Below are positions 51,386-60,567 of a stretch of 64,000 nt of DNA, one piece after another (the first letter of the stretch is position 1; every line of letters begins with the position of its first letter). Both the position numbers and the translations under genes were made by a program. The stretch is from IMG/VR virus record IMGVR_UViG_3300024999_000029, positions 248,001 to 312,000 of that record; one strand, given 5' to 3'. Under the pieces are notes generated by a model, which saw nothing but the letters and a program-made list of their open reading frames with translations, was not told the origin of the DNA and did no database searches.

Positions 51386-52174
51386 TTGGCTATACAGGCT
51401 TTAAATTTTATATATGACAATATTTCAAGCGAGGTATTTTCGGTCAAGATTGTGAATTTTAACTCCAGTGGTTTACAAGAAAATAATTTTGGAGGTAACG
51501 TAATTCCGATTTATGAATCAATAAAAAGAAAACATAATGTGTTTTTGTATGGGACTCAGCCGTCACAACCATTAGAATTTGAATTGAATATTGCAACAGA
51601 GGGAGAAGAACTTGACAGTTATTCACTAGGAGCATTGGGCAAGTGGCTCTTTGGTCATCAAGATTGGAAATGGCTACAAATTGAGCAAGTTTCATATGAA
51701 GGGTTATGGTTTAAGTGTTTATTATTAGATCCTCAAGTTATTTCAGTTGGTAATATGAATATAGGCTTTAAATGTAAGGTATTCTGTGACAGTTCATATG
51801 TATATTCTGATGAGTTTACATATAACCACAATATCACTACTTCTAATCAGCAAATTACATTTAATAATTTAAGTGATGCTAACTTGTATTTATATCCCTA
51901 TATATCCTTCACAACGTCTAGTACAACTACTAGCTTCAGTATAAAAAATTCCTCAGATAGTGATAGAGAATTTAAATTTACAAGTATTGCAAATAATGAG
52001 ACTATAACTGTGAATAATGATTTAAAAATTATAACGTCTAGTACATCTAATAATAGATTGAGTAATTTTAATTTAAAGTGGTTGAGGTTAGTTCCAGGAA
52101 CTAATAATTTAGTAGTTAATGGGAATGGTAGTATGTTTTTAAGAATGAGATTCCCAGTTAAGGTTGGTGGGTAA
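51386..52174 (+). CDS. Distal tail protein (Dit)
   Basis: Follows TMP; PLEFEL, WLFG, YPYI and WL.L.PG.N.L motifs. Confidence 0.8.
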   Translation: MAIQALNFIYDNISSEVFSVKIVNFNSSGLQENNFGGNVIPIYESIKRKHNVFLYGTQPSQPLEFELNIATEGEELDSYSLGALGKWLFGHQDWKWLQIEQVSYEGLWFKCLLLDPQVISVGNMNIGFKCKVFCDSSYVYSDEFTYNHNITTSNQQITFNNLSDANLYLYPYISFTTSSTTTSFSIKNSSDSDREFKFTSIANNETITVNNDLKIITSSTSNNRLSNFNLKWLRLVPGTNNLVVNGNGSMFLRMRFPVKVGG

Positions 52175-52271
52175 ATTCCTTCGCAATAAGAAAATATTTT
52201 TTGTAGAAAATAGTAAAACAATATATTATAATCAATAATAAGAATAATTATTCATATATTATGAAATATTG

Positions 52272-52300
52272 TTGTCAAATATACCATAATATGCTAAAAT
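52272..52300 (+). promoter_or_regulatory. SigA promoter of the PemK-like module
   Basis: TTGTCA-17 bp-TAAAAT with TGn. Confidence 0.6.
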
Positions 52301-52375
52301 AAATTATACAGTTCTACAAATACTTTAATCCATTTGAGTTATATTATATTCAAATAAGCTTATTGAGGTGTTTGT

Positions 52376-52603
52376 ATGAATAAACGAATAAGAAAGAAAA
52401 AACAAATAAATGAGGAGGCGAATGATATGAGTGTTGCAACTATTAATAATAGGAGTTATAATTCACTTGATTTGAATAAATTAAAAAGTAAAAAACATAC
52501 TATTATATCCTCAAAAGAAGCACTCAAAGATATTACTCCTATTGAATGGTCTGAAGATGTTTTGTCTGGGAAAAAGAAAGTCATTATTGACTGTAACAAA
52601 TGA
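52376..52603 (+). CDS. Putative antitoxin (alternative start at 52427)
   Basis: Small ORF directly before a PemK-like gene; two in-frame starts, each with an SD. Confidence 0.4.
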   Translation: MNKRIRKKKQINEEANDMSVATINNRSYNSLDLNKLKSKKHTIISSKEALKDITPIEWSEDVLSGKKKVIIDCNK

Positions 52604-52621
52604 TATTTTTGGGGGCATACG

Positions 52622-53026
52622 ATGTGTAAGGTCGGAGACATTATTTTAATTAAGAATTATATAGTTAATGGTGTACATTTAACAAAACATTCTTTCGTAG
52701 TTTTAAATGATAAAGCGGGACAAATTCAAGGCTTAGATTACGATATAATATGCAATACCATGTCTTCATTTAAAAATGAGGAGCAACGAAAGAAAAAGTT
52801 GAGTTATTCTAGTAATTTTGAGATATTACATAATGATCAAGTTATAAGTAATGGTGGAAATGATATAGATGGCTTTATAAAAGCGGAACAATTTTATTAT
52901 TTTGATAAAGATAAAATTGATTATATGGTTATTGGCACTATGAAAGCAGAAGCTTTTAATTTATTATTAGAATTTATAGATGAATTAGAAATACCAATTC
53001 AAGATGTAGTAGATAATTTAAAGTAA
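52622..53026 (+). CDS. PemK/MazF-like endoribonuclease toxin
   Basis: GDIILI...H.FVVL...M.S...GFIK.EQFY fits the PemK fold pattern. Confidence 0.55.
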   Translation: MCKVGDIILIKNYIVNGVHLTKHSFVVLNDKAGQIQGLDYDIICNTMSSFKNEEQRKKKLSYSSNFEILHNDQVISNGGNDIDGFIKAEQFYYFDKDKIDYMVIGTMKAEAFNLLLEFIDELEIPIQDVVDNLK

Positions 53027-53040
53027 TTTTACTGATTTTT

Positions 53041-53064
53041 AAGACCTCTCTAACTAGAGGTCTT
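53041..53064 (+). terminator. Terminator AAGACCTCT/AGAGGTCTT
   Basis: Perfect 9-bp stem after the toxin-like gene. Confidence 0.75.
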
Positions 53065-53179
53065 ATTCATTGTAAATAACCTCCTTTTCAGTAATATTAT
53101 ACTTGCATAATATTTTCCATAAGATATAATAATTATATCAATATAAAAATATATAAATCACTGAGAAGGAGAGATAAAA

Positions 53180-54136
53180 ATGAATAAATGTACTAAATGT
53201 GGGGCTATCAACACAGATGAAACAATATATTGTGAGTGTGGTGAACCTTTGAATGACAATATTTCCGATAGAGATAATTCAATAAGCAAGGAACTGAGAA
53301 ATACACTTATTTTTGGTGGAATATTCGCTATTGTTGTATTATTTATAATTATTATTACTAATGTAAATAGTAAGTACCAACAGCCAGATCATAGCGAGCA
53401 GTCAAATGTAAGTATAGATGATAATGAAATAAAAATGAATAATTACAAAAATGAGCTAAAAGATAAAATGTCATCTATTATTAAAAAATATGATTTTGCC
53501 ACATCATTCGAACTTGATAGTGATATGGATGCTCATATGACGATAAAAGTTAATGATAAATTTGACAAATTAAGTAATGTAGAAAAGTATAAGGTATTAA
53601 GTAATTTATATCATGATTTTAAGGAAACAATAAATGAATGTATTATGGATAAACTTGATAGCAGTTATATAGATACTGATATAGGGAAGCGTATTTTAGC
53701 CATTTCACCAAAAGGAACATTTACACAAAATTATGATCACCTAACATTGCCAGATGGGAAAGAAGTATGCGAGGACGATACACTAACAAAAGAAGAAAAA
53801 AAGCAACAACAGGAGGAAATAGAACAATTTAAAAAACAACAAAATCTTATTGATAGTAGCGTGAATGGTTTAATTATTCAAAATGAAAAGATATGGACAA
53901 ATGATGGCGATTATAGTTATTTTAAAGGAAGAGTTAAGAATATCGGCAATTTAGACATTACATATTGGAAATTAACGCTTGAACTTTGTGATAGCAATGA
54001 AAATGTATTAGATACAGATTATACAAACTCATCGGAAACAATTAGACCTGGAAATATGAAAGAGTTTGAAATAATGCATAAATATGACTCTGAGTATAAA
54101 AAAGCAAGAGTTTTTATAGATGAAGCTAAGAACTAA
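53180..54136 (+). CDS. Membrane-anchored protein: N-terminal zinc ribbon, one TM, C-terminal FxLYD Ig-like domain
   Basis: CTKCG...CECG; TM LIFGGIFAIVVLFIIII; GRVKN.G...L.L.D....LDT...PG...FEI. Confidence 0.7.
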   Translation: MNKCTKCGAINTDETIYCECGEPLNDNISDRDNSISKELRNTLIFGGIFAIVVLFIIIITNVNSKYQQPDHSEQSNVSIDDNEIKMNNYKNELKDKMSSIIKKYDFATSFELDSDMDAHMTIKVNDKFDKLSNVEKYKVLSNLYHDFKETINECIMDKLDSSYIDTDIGKRILAISPKGTFTQNYDHLTLPDGKEVCEDDTLTKEEKKQQQEEIEQFKKQQNLIDSSVNGLIIQNEKIWTNDGDYSYFKGRVKNIGNLDITYWKLTLELCDSNENVLDTDYTNSSETIRPGNMKEFEIMHKYDSEYKKARVFIDEAKN

Positions 54137-54358
54137 TTATATTATTAATGTAAAAGATTTATTTAAACTGGTGATGAGCCAGTTTTCTTTTTATAAAAAT
54201 CTCTAATAATTTTCACCTCAACTTTTATTAAAATATTGATAATTCTAATATTTCTCTTGACAAATTATTAATATATTGATAATATTAATATATTAAGAAA
54301 TTTTATATTGATTAATTTTATGGTATAATCAAAATAAAAATGTTAATGAGGGATATTA

Positions 54359-54595
54359 ATGGAAGTAATGATTAAATTAAAAATAAATGAAAAAATTGAA
54401 GAGTACAGAAAAGACACAGGAGCAACGAAAACTTGGATTTCTCATAAACTTGGAATGAGTAAACAAAGATTGTCCAATATCGGCAACGGGGACAATATTA
54501 CTTTAAAATTATTACTAAGAGTTGCAATATTTCTAAATTGTAAAACCGAAGATTTATACGAATATAGTATTGTTGACGATAATATTCAATCTTAG
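54359..54595 (+). CDS. Cro/C1-type (XRE) HTH regulator
   Basis: KTWISHKLGMSKQRLSNI...L..LL.VA..L.C..EDL. Confidence 0.8.
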   Translation: MEVMIKLKINEKIEEYRKDTGATKTWISHKLGMSKQRLSNIGNGDNITLKLLLRVAIFLNCKTEDLYEYSIVDDNIQS

Positions 54596-54616
54596 ATATT
54601 TTTGTATTTATTTTTG

Positions 54617-54645
54617 TTGACATTATTCAAACTCTTTTGTATACT
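54617..54645 (+). promoter_or_regulatory. SigA promoter of the antirepressor operon
   Basis: TTGACA-17 bp-TATACT. Confidence 0.8.
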
Positions 54646-54701
54646 ATTAATGCAAGGTAGATTTTACCTTTTGTAAAAAATAATATATAGGAGGGTTTAT
54701 T

Positions 54702-55001
54702 GTGAGTAGATTAAAAACAATTACGATTAATGAATTTGAAAATGATTTTAGTAAATTAGAAGGAAAATCAGTTTGCGTAGATATCAAAGGGTCTATAAAT
54801 TTATTGAAGGTTATAACCAACTTCAACGTATGGCAAGACGAAAATAAAATTACATTGTTTGATCATGAAGATGAATCCGAAGTTAATATTAAAAAAGATG
54901 TTATTGATTGTATTGTAAAAGATAGACATGATACGAGTTTATTTTTAAAGAATGGTATGGAAGTTAATGTTTATGGGCAGGAGGACGTTGATCATGAATA
55001 A
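54702..55001 (+). CDS. Hypothetical protein
   Basis: GTG start behind GGAGGG; coupled to the next gene. Confidence 0.55.
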   Translation: MSRLKTITINEFENDFSKLEGKSVCVDIKGSINLLKVITNFNVWQDENKITLFDHEDESEVNIKKDVIDCIVKDRHDTSLFLKNGMEVNVYGQEDVDHE

Positions 55002-55776
55002 TTTAATGATAAAAGAAGTAAGTTTCAACGGAGATAGTTTACTGGCGGTTAAGAATAATTATGATAGTAAAATATATGTCGGAGTTAGTTATATCTGTAA
55101 TGGTATAGGGTTATCTGAAGGACAGATGAAAAATGAAAGAAAGAAAATACAGGAAGATTTAGTCCTTTCTAAAGGGGGACGAAATTTAATCCTCCCTACA
55201 AATGGTGGCAATCAAGAGGTTTTGGGTATAGAATTAGACTTCCTCCCTCTTTGGTTGGCTAAGATTTCTATCACTCCTAAAATGATAAAAGATAATCCTG
55301 ATGTAGTAAGCAAACTTGTTGATTATCAATTGAAAGCAAAAGACGTTTTAGCAAAAGCATTTATATATGGAGAATACAACTTGCCAACCACATATAAAGA
55401 AGCACTAATACAATTGCTTACTGTAGTTGAGCAAAAAGAAAAGATTGAAGAACAAAACAAAGTACTTATTCCAAAGGCTGAAGGATATGATGTATTAATT
55501 GCAGCAGATGGTTATCAAAACATGAATGAGGTAGCCAAGGCATTTTCAATTGGTCGCAATAAATTATTTAAATTACTAAGAAATGAAAAAATTCTCATGG
55601 ACAACAACGTACCTTATCAAAAATACATCAACAATAATTATTTTTTAGTTAAAGAGATATCAATTAGTCGTGGCAATTACTACTATAATGGCCTGCAAAC
55701 GTTTATTACAGCTAGAGGATTGGGCTTCTTAAAGGACTTGCTAAAAGAAAACGGCTACTTGCAAAGTATAGCCTAA
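54994..55776 (+). CDS. Phage antirepressor (P22 AR-N-like + KilAC/ANT C-terminus)
   Basis: GGAGG SD favours the ATG at 54994; LPLWLAKI and YQ...A..L; C-terminal PK...AK....GRNKLF..LR...TARG..F. Confidence 0.85.
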   Translation: MNNLMIKEVSFNGDSLLAVKNNYDSKIYVGVSYICNGIGLSEGQMKNERKKIQEDLVLSKGGRNLILPTNGGNQEVLGIELDFLPLWLAKISITPKMIKDNPDVVSKLVDYQLKAKDVLAKAFIYGEYNLPTTYKEALIQLLTVVEQKEKIEEQNKVLIPKAEGYDVLIAADGYQNMNEVAKAFSIGRNKLFKLLRNEKILMDNNVPYQKYINNNYFLVKEISISRGNYYYNGLQTFITARGLGFLKDLLKENGYLQSIA

Positions 55777-55794
55777 ACAAATATCAAACAAAAG

Positions 55795-56067
55795 ATGAGA
55801 TTTGACTTAGACTATATAATCAACTTATGCAGACCCAATAATATCTCCGTCAAAGTTATTGTTAATAAATACGGTGGAGATGATATACTATTAACACACA
55901 GGCGGGACACCTATAAGGTACAGCAAGAAGATGATTGCTATATTTTGCTAAAGCGAAATTGTGCTCAAAATCCAAAAAGACGTGAATATTATCATCTAGT
56001 TAAAAATGCTGGAGATAATGGTAAGTTTTATAGTTTGAAAGATTTGATTTTTGGGATAATTAAATAA
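55795..56067 (+). CDS. Hypothetical protein, paralog of 37734-38066
   Basis: Shared motifs as described for 37734; weak SD. Confidence 0.5.
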   Translation: MRFDLDYIINLCRPNNISVKVIVNKYGGDDILLTHRRDTYKVQQEDDCYILLKRNCAQNPKRREYYHLVKNAGDNGKFYSLKDLIFGIIK

Positions 56068-56154
56068 ATATAAAATCCAAGCAAGTAGCGGATAGTTCTC
56101 TACCCGCTTTTTGTTTTTATAGTAAATTAAAATATAATTTAGAAAGGTAGAATA

Positions 56155-56484
56155 ATGGAGTTAAAAGAAAATATTTTAGGTCAATTACATATATATTACG
56201 AATCAGTAAGTAGTGACTGTAAACCTATGGCTTTTTTCCCTATTCAAGAACGATATGTTGAAGAAATAAAAAACTATGTTTTCTCTCGGAAATTAAACAT
56301 CCATATTGAACCTTTATCAGATGGTTGGTTTACTATTTATATATATAAATATGATTATTTAATTCATATTATAGAAAATTTGCCCCAAAAACCACAAACT
56401 CCCTATGACCATTGGGTTATAGGAAAAGCCTGTGGCTATTCAGATTCAGCTATTGGTGAGTTTATCAAGTCAAAATTTAAGTAA
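56155..56484 (+). CDS. Hypothetical protein
   Basis: AAAGG SD, 109-aa ORF. Confidence 0.55.
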   Translation: MELKENILGQLHIYYESVSSDCKPMAFFPIQERYVEEIKNYVFSRKLNIHIEPLSDGWFTIYIYKYDYLIHIIENLPQKPQTPYDHWVIGKACGYSDSAIGEFIKSKFK

Positions 56485-56521
56485 TTATTGTGTTACAATT
56501 AGAGCATTTTTTTCAACATAC

Positions 56522-56549
56522 TTGACATATAACCATGCTATGGTATAAT
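56522..56549 (+). promoter_or_regulatory. SigA promoter of the repeat-RNA/PBECR4 locus
   Basis: TTGACA-16 bp-TATAAT with TGn; core identical to the promoter at 62013. Confidence 0.85.
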
Positions 56550-56595
56550 TAAATTAAGGTAGAATAAAATATCTTATGTAGTTTATATAATATCT

Positions 56596-56684
56596 GTCGG
56601 GATGGAGACGAAAAACTCATTCTCATTGGTCGGGATGAAGACCTAAAACTCATTCCCATTGCAGAGTGAACTGCTAAAAATCAG
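56596..56684 (+). ncRNA. Candidate antitoxin RNA: two 33-nt tandem repeats plus a diverged partial third unit
   Basis: 56596-56628 and 56629-56661 are 29/33 identical; each forms stem, purine loop, stem, A-tract and loop-complementary tail; unit 3 has a covarying stem (GCAG/CTGC). Confidence 0.7.
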
Positions 56685-56685
56685 T

Positions 56686-56710
56686 AAAAGATGGCTTAGG
56701 TCATCTTTTT
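56686..56710 (+). terminator. Terminator between the repeats and the nuclease gene
   Basis: AAAAGATGGC/GTCATCTTTT stem, TTAG loop, T run, directly before the AGGAG SD. Confidence 0.85.
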
Positions 56711-56730
56711 ACTTTTAATAGGAGATACAT

Positions 56731-57447
56731 ATGACAGAAGAAAAAAGTTTTAAAAAACGTGTAAAAGATGAAATTATAAATGGTGCAAAGATTTATAAGG
56801 AAAATTTTGTGGATTATGAATATCTTATATGTTCAGAAGCTTTTACTGCTAAAGAATTTTATACTATTGACGCAAAAGAAGATAATTATCAACATTTAAC
56901 TGGAGTTAATTCCTTAATTGCATCAAAAGATTTTTTTAACAAGTCATATGATAAAACTCTTCAAGAATCTGATTTTGATTTTAATAAGCGTGGGCAAAGT
57001 GAAAAATCAGTAAAAGGTTCTGTAAGAAGAAAAATTAGTGTTTTGCCTAATATTATACATATTTTTGAGAATGGTACATTAGTAGAAGAAAATCTTATAA
57101 AAAATCAAATTAAATGTTCTTTTGCAACCACCGATAAGAAATGTACATTAGGCTTTATTGACTTGACAAAATCAAGACCTATGTCTTTACTTAAAGGTGA
57201 CGAGATTGACAATACAAAAGCTAAAAACATTGACTTGCTTTTAAGGAAGCATATATCCAAAGATAAATTTAATGAAATTATAATTGGTGATTTTGTCGCA
57301 TTGCAAAAATATAGAGAAAACATAGAAGCGTTTTTAGATGAAAAAATTATAACGGAACTAGATAAAATGAAAGTACTCTTAGTCAAACAGGAATTACAAG
57401 AAGCTCAAGAGCAAGTTGCTTCGGGCGAATATGTAAGACCTCTCTGA
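56731..57447 (+). CDS. PBECR4-like (BECR-fold) predicted RNase
   Basis: A..Y...F....Y, N(F/Y).HLTG, V..K...L, LGF.....P.SLL motif order, as in PBECR4 proteins; recognised by eye. Confidence 0.68.
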   Translation: MTEEKSFKKRVKDEIINGAKIYKENFVDYEYLICSEAFTAKEFYTIDAKEDNYQHLTGVNSLIASKDFFNKSYDKTLQESDFDFNKRGQSEKSVKGSVRRKISVLPNIIHIFENGTLVEENLIKNQIKCSFATTDKKCTLGFIDLTKSRPMSLLKGDEIDNTKAKNIDLLLRKHISKDKFNEIIIGDFVALQKYRENIEAFLDEKIITELDKMKVLLVKQELQEAQEQVASGEYVRPL

Positions 57448-57552
57448 GTGGAGTTAAAAATTTGTCAAATTTAAGTAAATTAAAAATATAAATAAATCAG
57501 CATGAAGAGAGGAAAACACCTCTCTTTTATTATATAAAAAAGAGGTGAAATA

Positions 57553-60435
57553 ATGAATTTTACATATGATCTTTTTAATCGCATTGAAGCAATCCAAATA
57601 ATTCTCTGTAAAAATAACTTAGAAAAAGTTGGTGTCTTAGGTTTAGCATACGATAAAAAAGCAATATTGAGGCTTACGGACTTCTCGGAAATTTCTTTTA
57701 CATATCCTCAAAAAGTTGATAATAAAACAACTCAATATTATAATGATATTAAAACTAAAAAAATAATTTATGTTCCAGAGTTAGGTTATTTTAGACTTGA
57801 AAAAGTAAAGATTGAATCGGATGGCATCAGGGAGGTAAAAAATTGTGTTGGTTATTCTATTCAGATAGAATTAAAAAATAAACAATTAGTTAATTTCTCA
57901 GGTACGTATAAACTATATGACAGTTTAAAACCCCAAGAAAGTTTGATGGGTATTCTTATAGATTATTTTCCAAATTGGAGTATTAATGAGGTTGATGAGA
58001 ATCTTTGGAACATCTATCGTACATATGACATTTCAGAGAAGGATATCTATTCATTTTTAATGGATGATTTAATGACCTCATTTAATTGCGTGGTACTATT
58101 TGATATTATGAATCGTAAAATAAGTGTCAAAGAATTAGGAAATGTATCTAAAGAAACTGATATATATATTAGTTTTGATAATCTTATTAAGTCAGCAGAA
58201 ATTGAAGAATTGTCGGATGAAATTTGCAGTTCACTGAGGGTGAGGGGTGGATCGGAAAGTACTGACATCAGGAGTGTAAACCCGAATGGAACTGACACTA
58301 TTTATAATATAAACTATTATAAAACACTTGAGTATATGAGCCAGAGTCTAATAGATGCTTTAAATGCATATGAAATAAAATATAATAGTAATAAGACTAC
58401 ATATTCAACAAAATTAACACAAATTAAAGATAAGAATACTATTTTAATAACCAAAAATGGAGAATTAGATACACTCAATACTCAGATGGATGTGCTTGTA
58501 GCAACAAAAATGGTTAAAATACAAGGCGGTTTATCATTAACTGAAATAAATTCTCAAATATCTTCAAAACAATCTGAGATAAATACAAAAAATAATGAGA
58601 TAACGGGAATAAAAAATGAGATTGCGGTATTGCAAAGCAATCTAAATGATATAGTAGTTCAATTAAAATTCAGTAATAATTTTACAGTAGATCAATTAAA
58701 AGAGTTGGACAATTTTTTAATTGAATCCACATATACCGACTCAACATTTATAGTTGTAGACAGTATGACGGAAGTGCAGAAGCAAGAGAAAATGCAAGAA
58801 TTATATGATTATGCTAGTACTATATTAACACGACTGTCTCAACCAAGATTTTCTTTTAGTATTTCTAGTGCAAACTTTGTTTTTCTAAAAGAGTATGAAA
58901 GTTTTATGAAACAATTAGAATTAGGGTGTTTAATTAAAACTGAATTAAGAGAAGATTATATAGTAACACCAATTTTACTTGAAATTGAGATTGATTTTGA
59001 ACAGGATGATAATTTTAATCTTCGTTTCGGGAATAGATATAAGCTGAGTGACAACACGTTTACTCTAGCCGATATAATGAGTCAAACTACACAAAGTTCA
59101 AGCACTATAAGTTTTGAAAAGTATACTTATAAAGATTGGTATAAAAACAGTAAAGATTCGGTTAGTACGTTCATCGAAAGTGCCTTAAATGCTTCCGTAA
59201 ACAATATCAAATCCTCCGATAACCAGGATATCTTAATAGATCAGCATGGCATGCGCTGTAGACAATTCGATACAAGTACTAATGCATTTAAACCTGAACA
59301 ACTTTGGATAGTCAATAACATGATCTCGATGTCTAATGATGGATTTTCTAACACAGGTAAGATTGCAATCGGTAAAATTATAGATGATCGTTACGGAGAA
59401 ATTTGGGGTATAGCCGCACCTCTATTAGCAGGAAAAATTCTTACGGGCAACAACCTTCGCATAGAGAATTCAAAAAATAGTTTTGTACTGGATGAAAATG
59501 GTTGTGTGCTTACAGATGCAAAATTCACTCTCCAAACATCTAATGGAAAAGGCAAAATTATTTTAGACCCCACATTAGGTATAAGAATACAAGGAAATAC
59601 AGGGGGTACTTTTGTAGATAAATTTTATGTAGACTCTTTGGGGAATGTGAAATTTTCAGGAGAATTGTCAGCTGCTACTGGAACTTTCAGTGGAACTGTT
59701 CAAGCAGGTAGTATTATATCAAGTACTATCACTGGAGGAACAATCTCTATCGGTTCTAATTTTAGTGTTAATTCTAGTGGAATAATTACAGCTACAGGAG
59801 CTAATATTTCTGGTAATATAACTGCGAATGCTTTAACTGCAAATGCCACTATACAATCTCCAATTGTTACTGGTGGAACAATAAAAACTTCAAGCAGTGG
59901 ACAAAGAATTGAATTAAGTTCCAACAAACTACAAGCATTTGATTCAAATGGCATATCAAGAATAAAATTTGAGCCAGTAACTACTTCTGAAGTAAATTAT
60001 TATGAATTACAATTTCAAGGACAAAGTGGTAGTCAACAAGGAAGTATATCTGGAACAGATAATCAACTTAATATTGTTGGTCATAATGCACTTGTCTTAA
60101 ATGGTGGTAATGATAAGGTGTATTTTACTTCAGATGTCGATTTTCAAGGTAATATTGCTTATATTAATACGATTGAACCAGATGTTGCATTAGCTATTAA
60201 TGGAATATTAGGACATACTGGTTCTAGAATAGGATTTTTTGGAGTAGATCCAGCTATACAACAAACAGCTTCATTATTAGGCGATAAATTTACAACTGAA
60301 ACAGCAGACCTTACTTACGGCAGTATTGAGGTTTCCATGTTGACTCATTTAAAATCTGACGTAGGAAATTTGTATAATAAAGTTAATGGTATATTGACTA
60401 AATTGGCAGAATATGGATTATTTGAATTAGAATAA
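57553..60435 (+). CDS. Tail-associated (Tal/endopeptidase-like) protein with beta-helical C-terminus
   Basis: SEISF..P, GYF, DI.SVNP.G, coiled coil, G.IA, G.F.G.(V/I).A repeats. Confidence 0.75.
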   Translation: MNFTYDLFNRIEAIQIILCKNNLEKVGVLGLAYDKKAILRLTDFSEISFTYPQKVDNKTTQYYNDIKTKKIIYVPELGYFRLEKVKIESDGIREVKNCVGYSIQIELKNKQLVNFSGTYKLYDSLKPQESLMGILIDYFPNWSINEVDENLWNIYRTYDISEKDIYSFLMDDLMTSFNCVVLFDIMNRKISVKELGNVSKETDIYISFDNLIKSAEIEELSDEICSSLRVRGGSESTDIRSVNPNGTDTIYNINYYKTLEYMSQSLIDALNAYEIKYNSNKTTYSTKLTQIKDKNTILITKNGELDTLNTQMDVLVATKMVKIQGGLSLTEINSQISSKQSEINTKNNEITGIKNEIAVLQSNLNDIVVQLKFSNNFTVDQLKELDNFLIESTYTDSTFIVVDSMTEVQKQEKMQELYDYASTILTRLSQPRFSFSISSANFVFLKEYESFMKQLELGCLIKTELREDYIVTPILLEIEIDFEQDDNFNLRFGNRYKLSDNTFTLADIMSQTTQSSSTISFEKYTYKDWYKNSKDSVSTFIESALNASVNNIKSSDNQDILIDQHGMRCRQFDTSTNAFKPEQLWIVNNMISMSNDGFSNTGKIAIGKIIDDRYGEIWGIAAPLLAGKILTGNNLRIENSKNSFVLDENGCVLTDAKFTLQTSNGKGKIILDPTLGIRIQGNTGGTFVDKFYVDSLGNVKFSGELSAATGTFSGTVQAGSIISSTITGGTISIGSNFSVNSSGIITATGANISGNITANALTANATIQSPIVTGGTIKTSSSGQRIELSSNKLQAFDSNGISRIKFEPVTTSEVNYYELQFQGQSGSQQGSISGTDNQLNIVGHNALVLNGGNDKVYFTSDVDFQGNIAYINTIEPDVALAINGILGHTGSRIGFFGVDPAIQQTASLLGDKFTTETADLTYGSIEVSMLTHLKSDVGNLYNKVNGILTKLAEYGLFELE
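59923..60152 (+). repeat. Direct repeat R1, copy A (230 bp)
   Basis: 199/230 identical to 60670-60899 with no indels; the first 67 and last 52 bp are perfectly identical. Confidence 0.95.
60373..60426 (+). repeat. Direct repeat R2, copy A (54 bp)
   Basis: Identical to 61089-61142. Confidence 0.95.
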
Positions 60436-60496
60436 GGGATATTAATTAATATCCCTTTATTTTCATTAATTATATTATATTTTTATTTATGAAATA

Positions 60497-60524
60497 TTGA
60501 CAAATCTACCCAATGTGGTATACT
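60497..60524 (+). promoter_or_regulatory. SigA promoter
   Basis: TTGACA-16 bp-TATACT with TGn. Confidence 0.8.
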
Positions 60525-60567
60525 AAAAGTATAATAAAATTATATTTAATAATATTGGAGGTATATC

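Noticed and set aside
56596-56661. Mini-CRISPR array or iteron/operator repeats
   Set aside because: No spacer between units; sequence differences preserve RNA pairing; the repeats lie downstream of the -10 box and upstream of a terminator.
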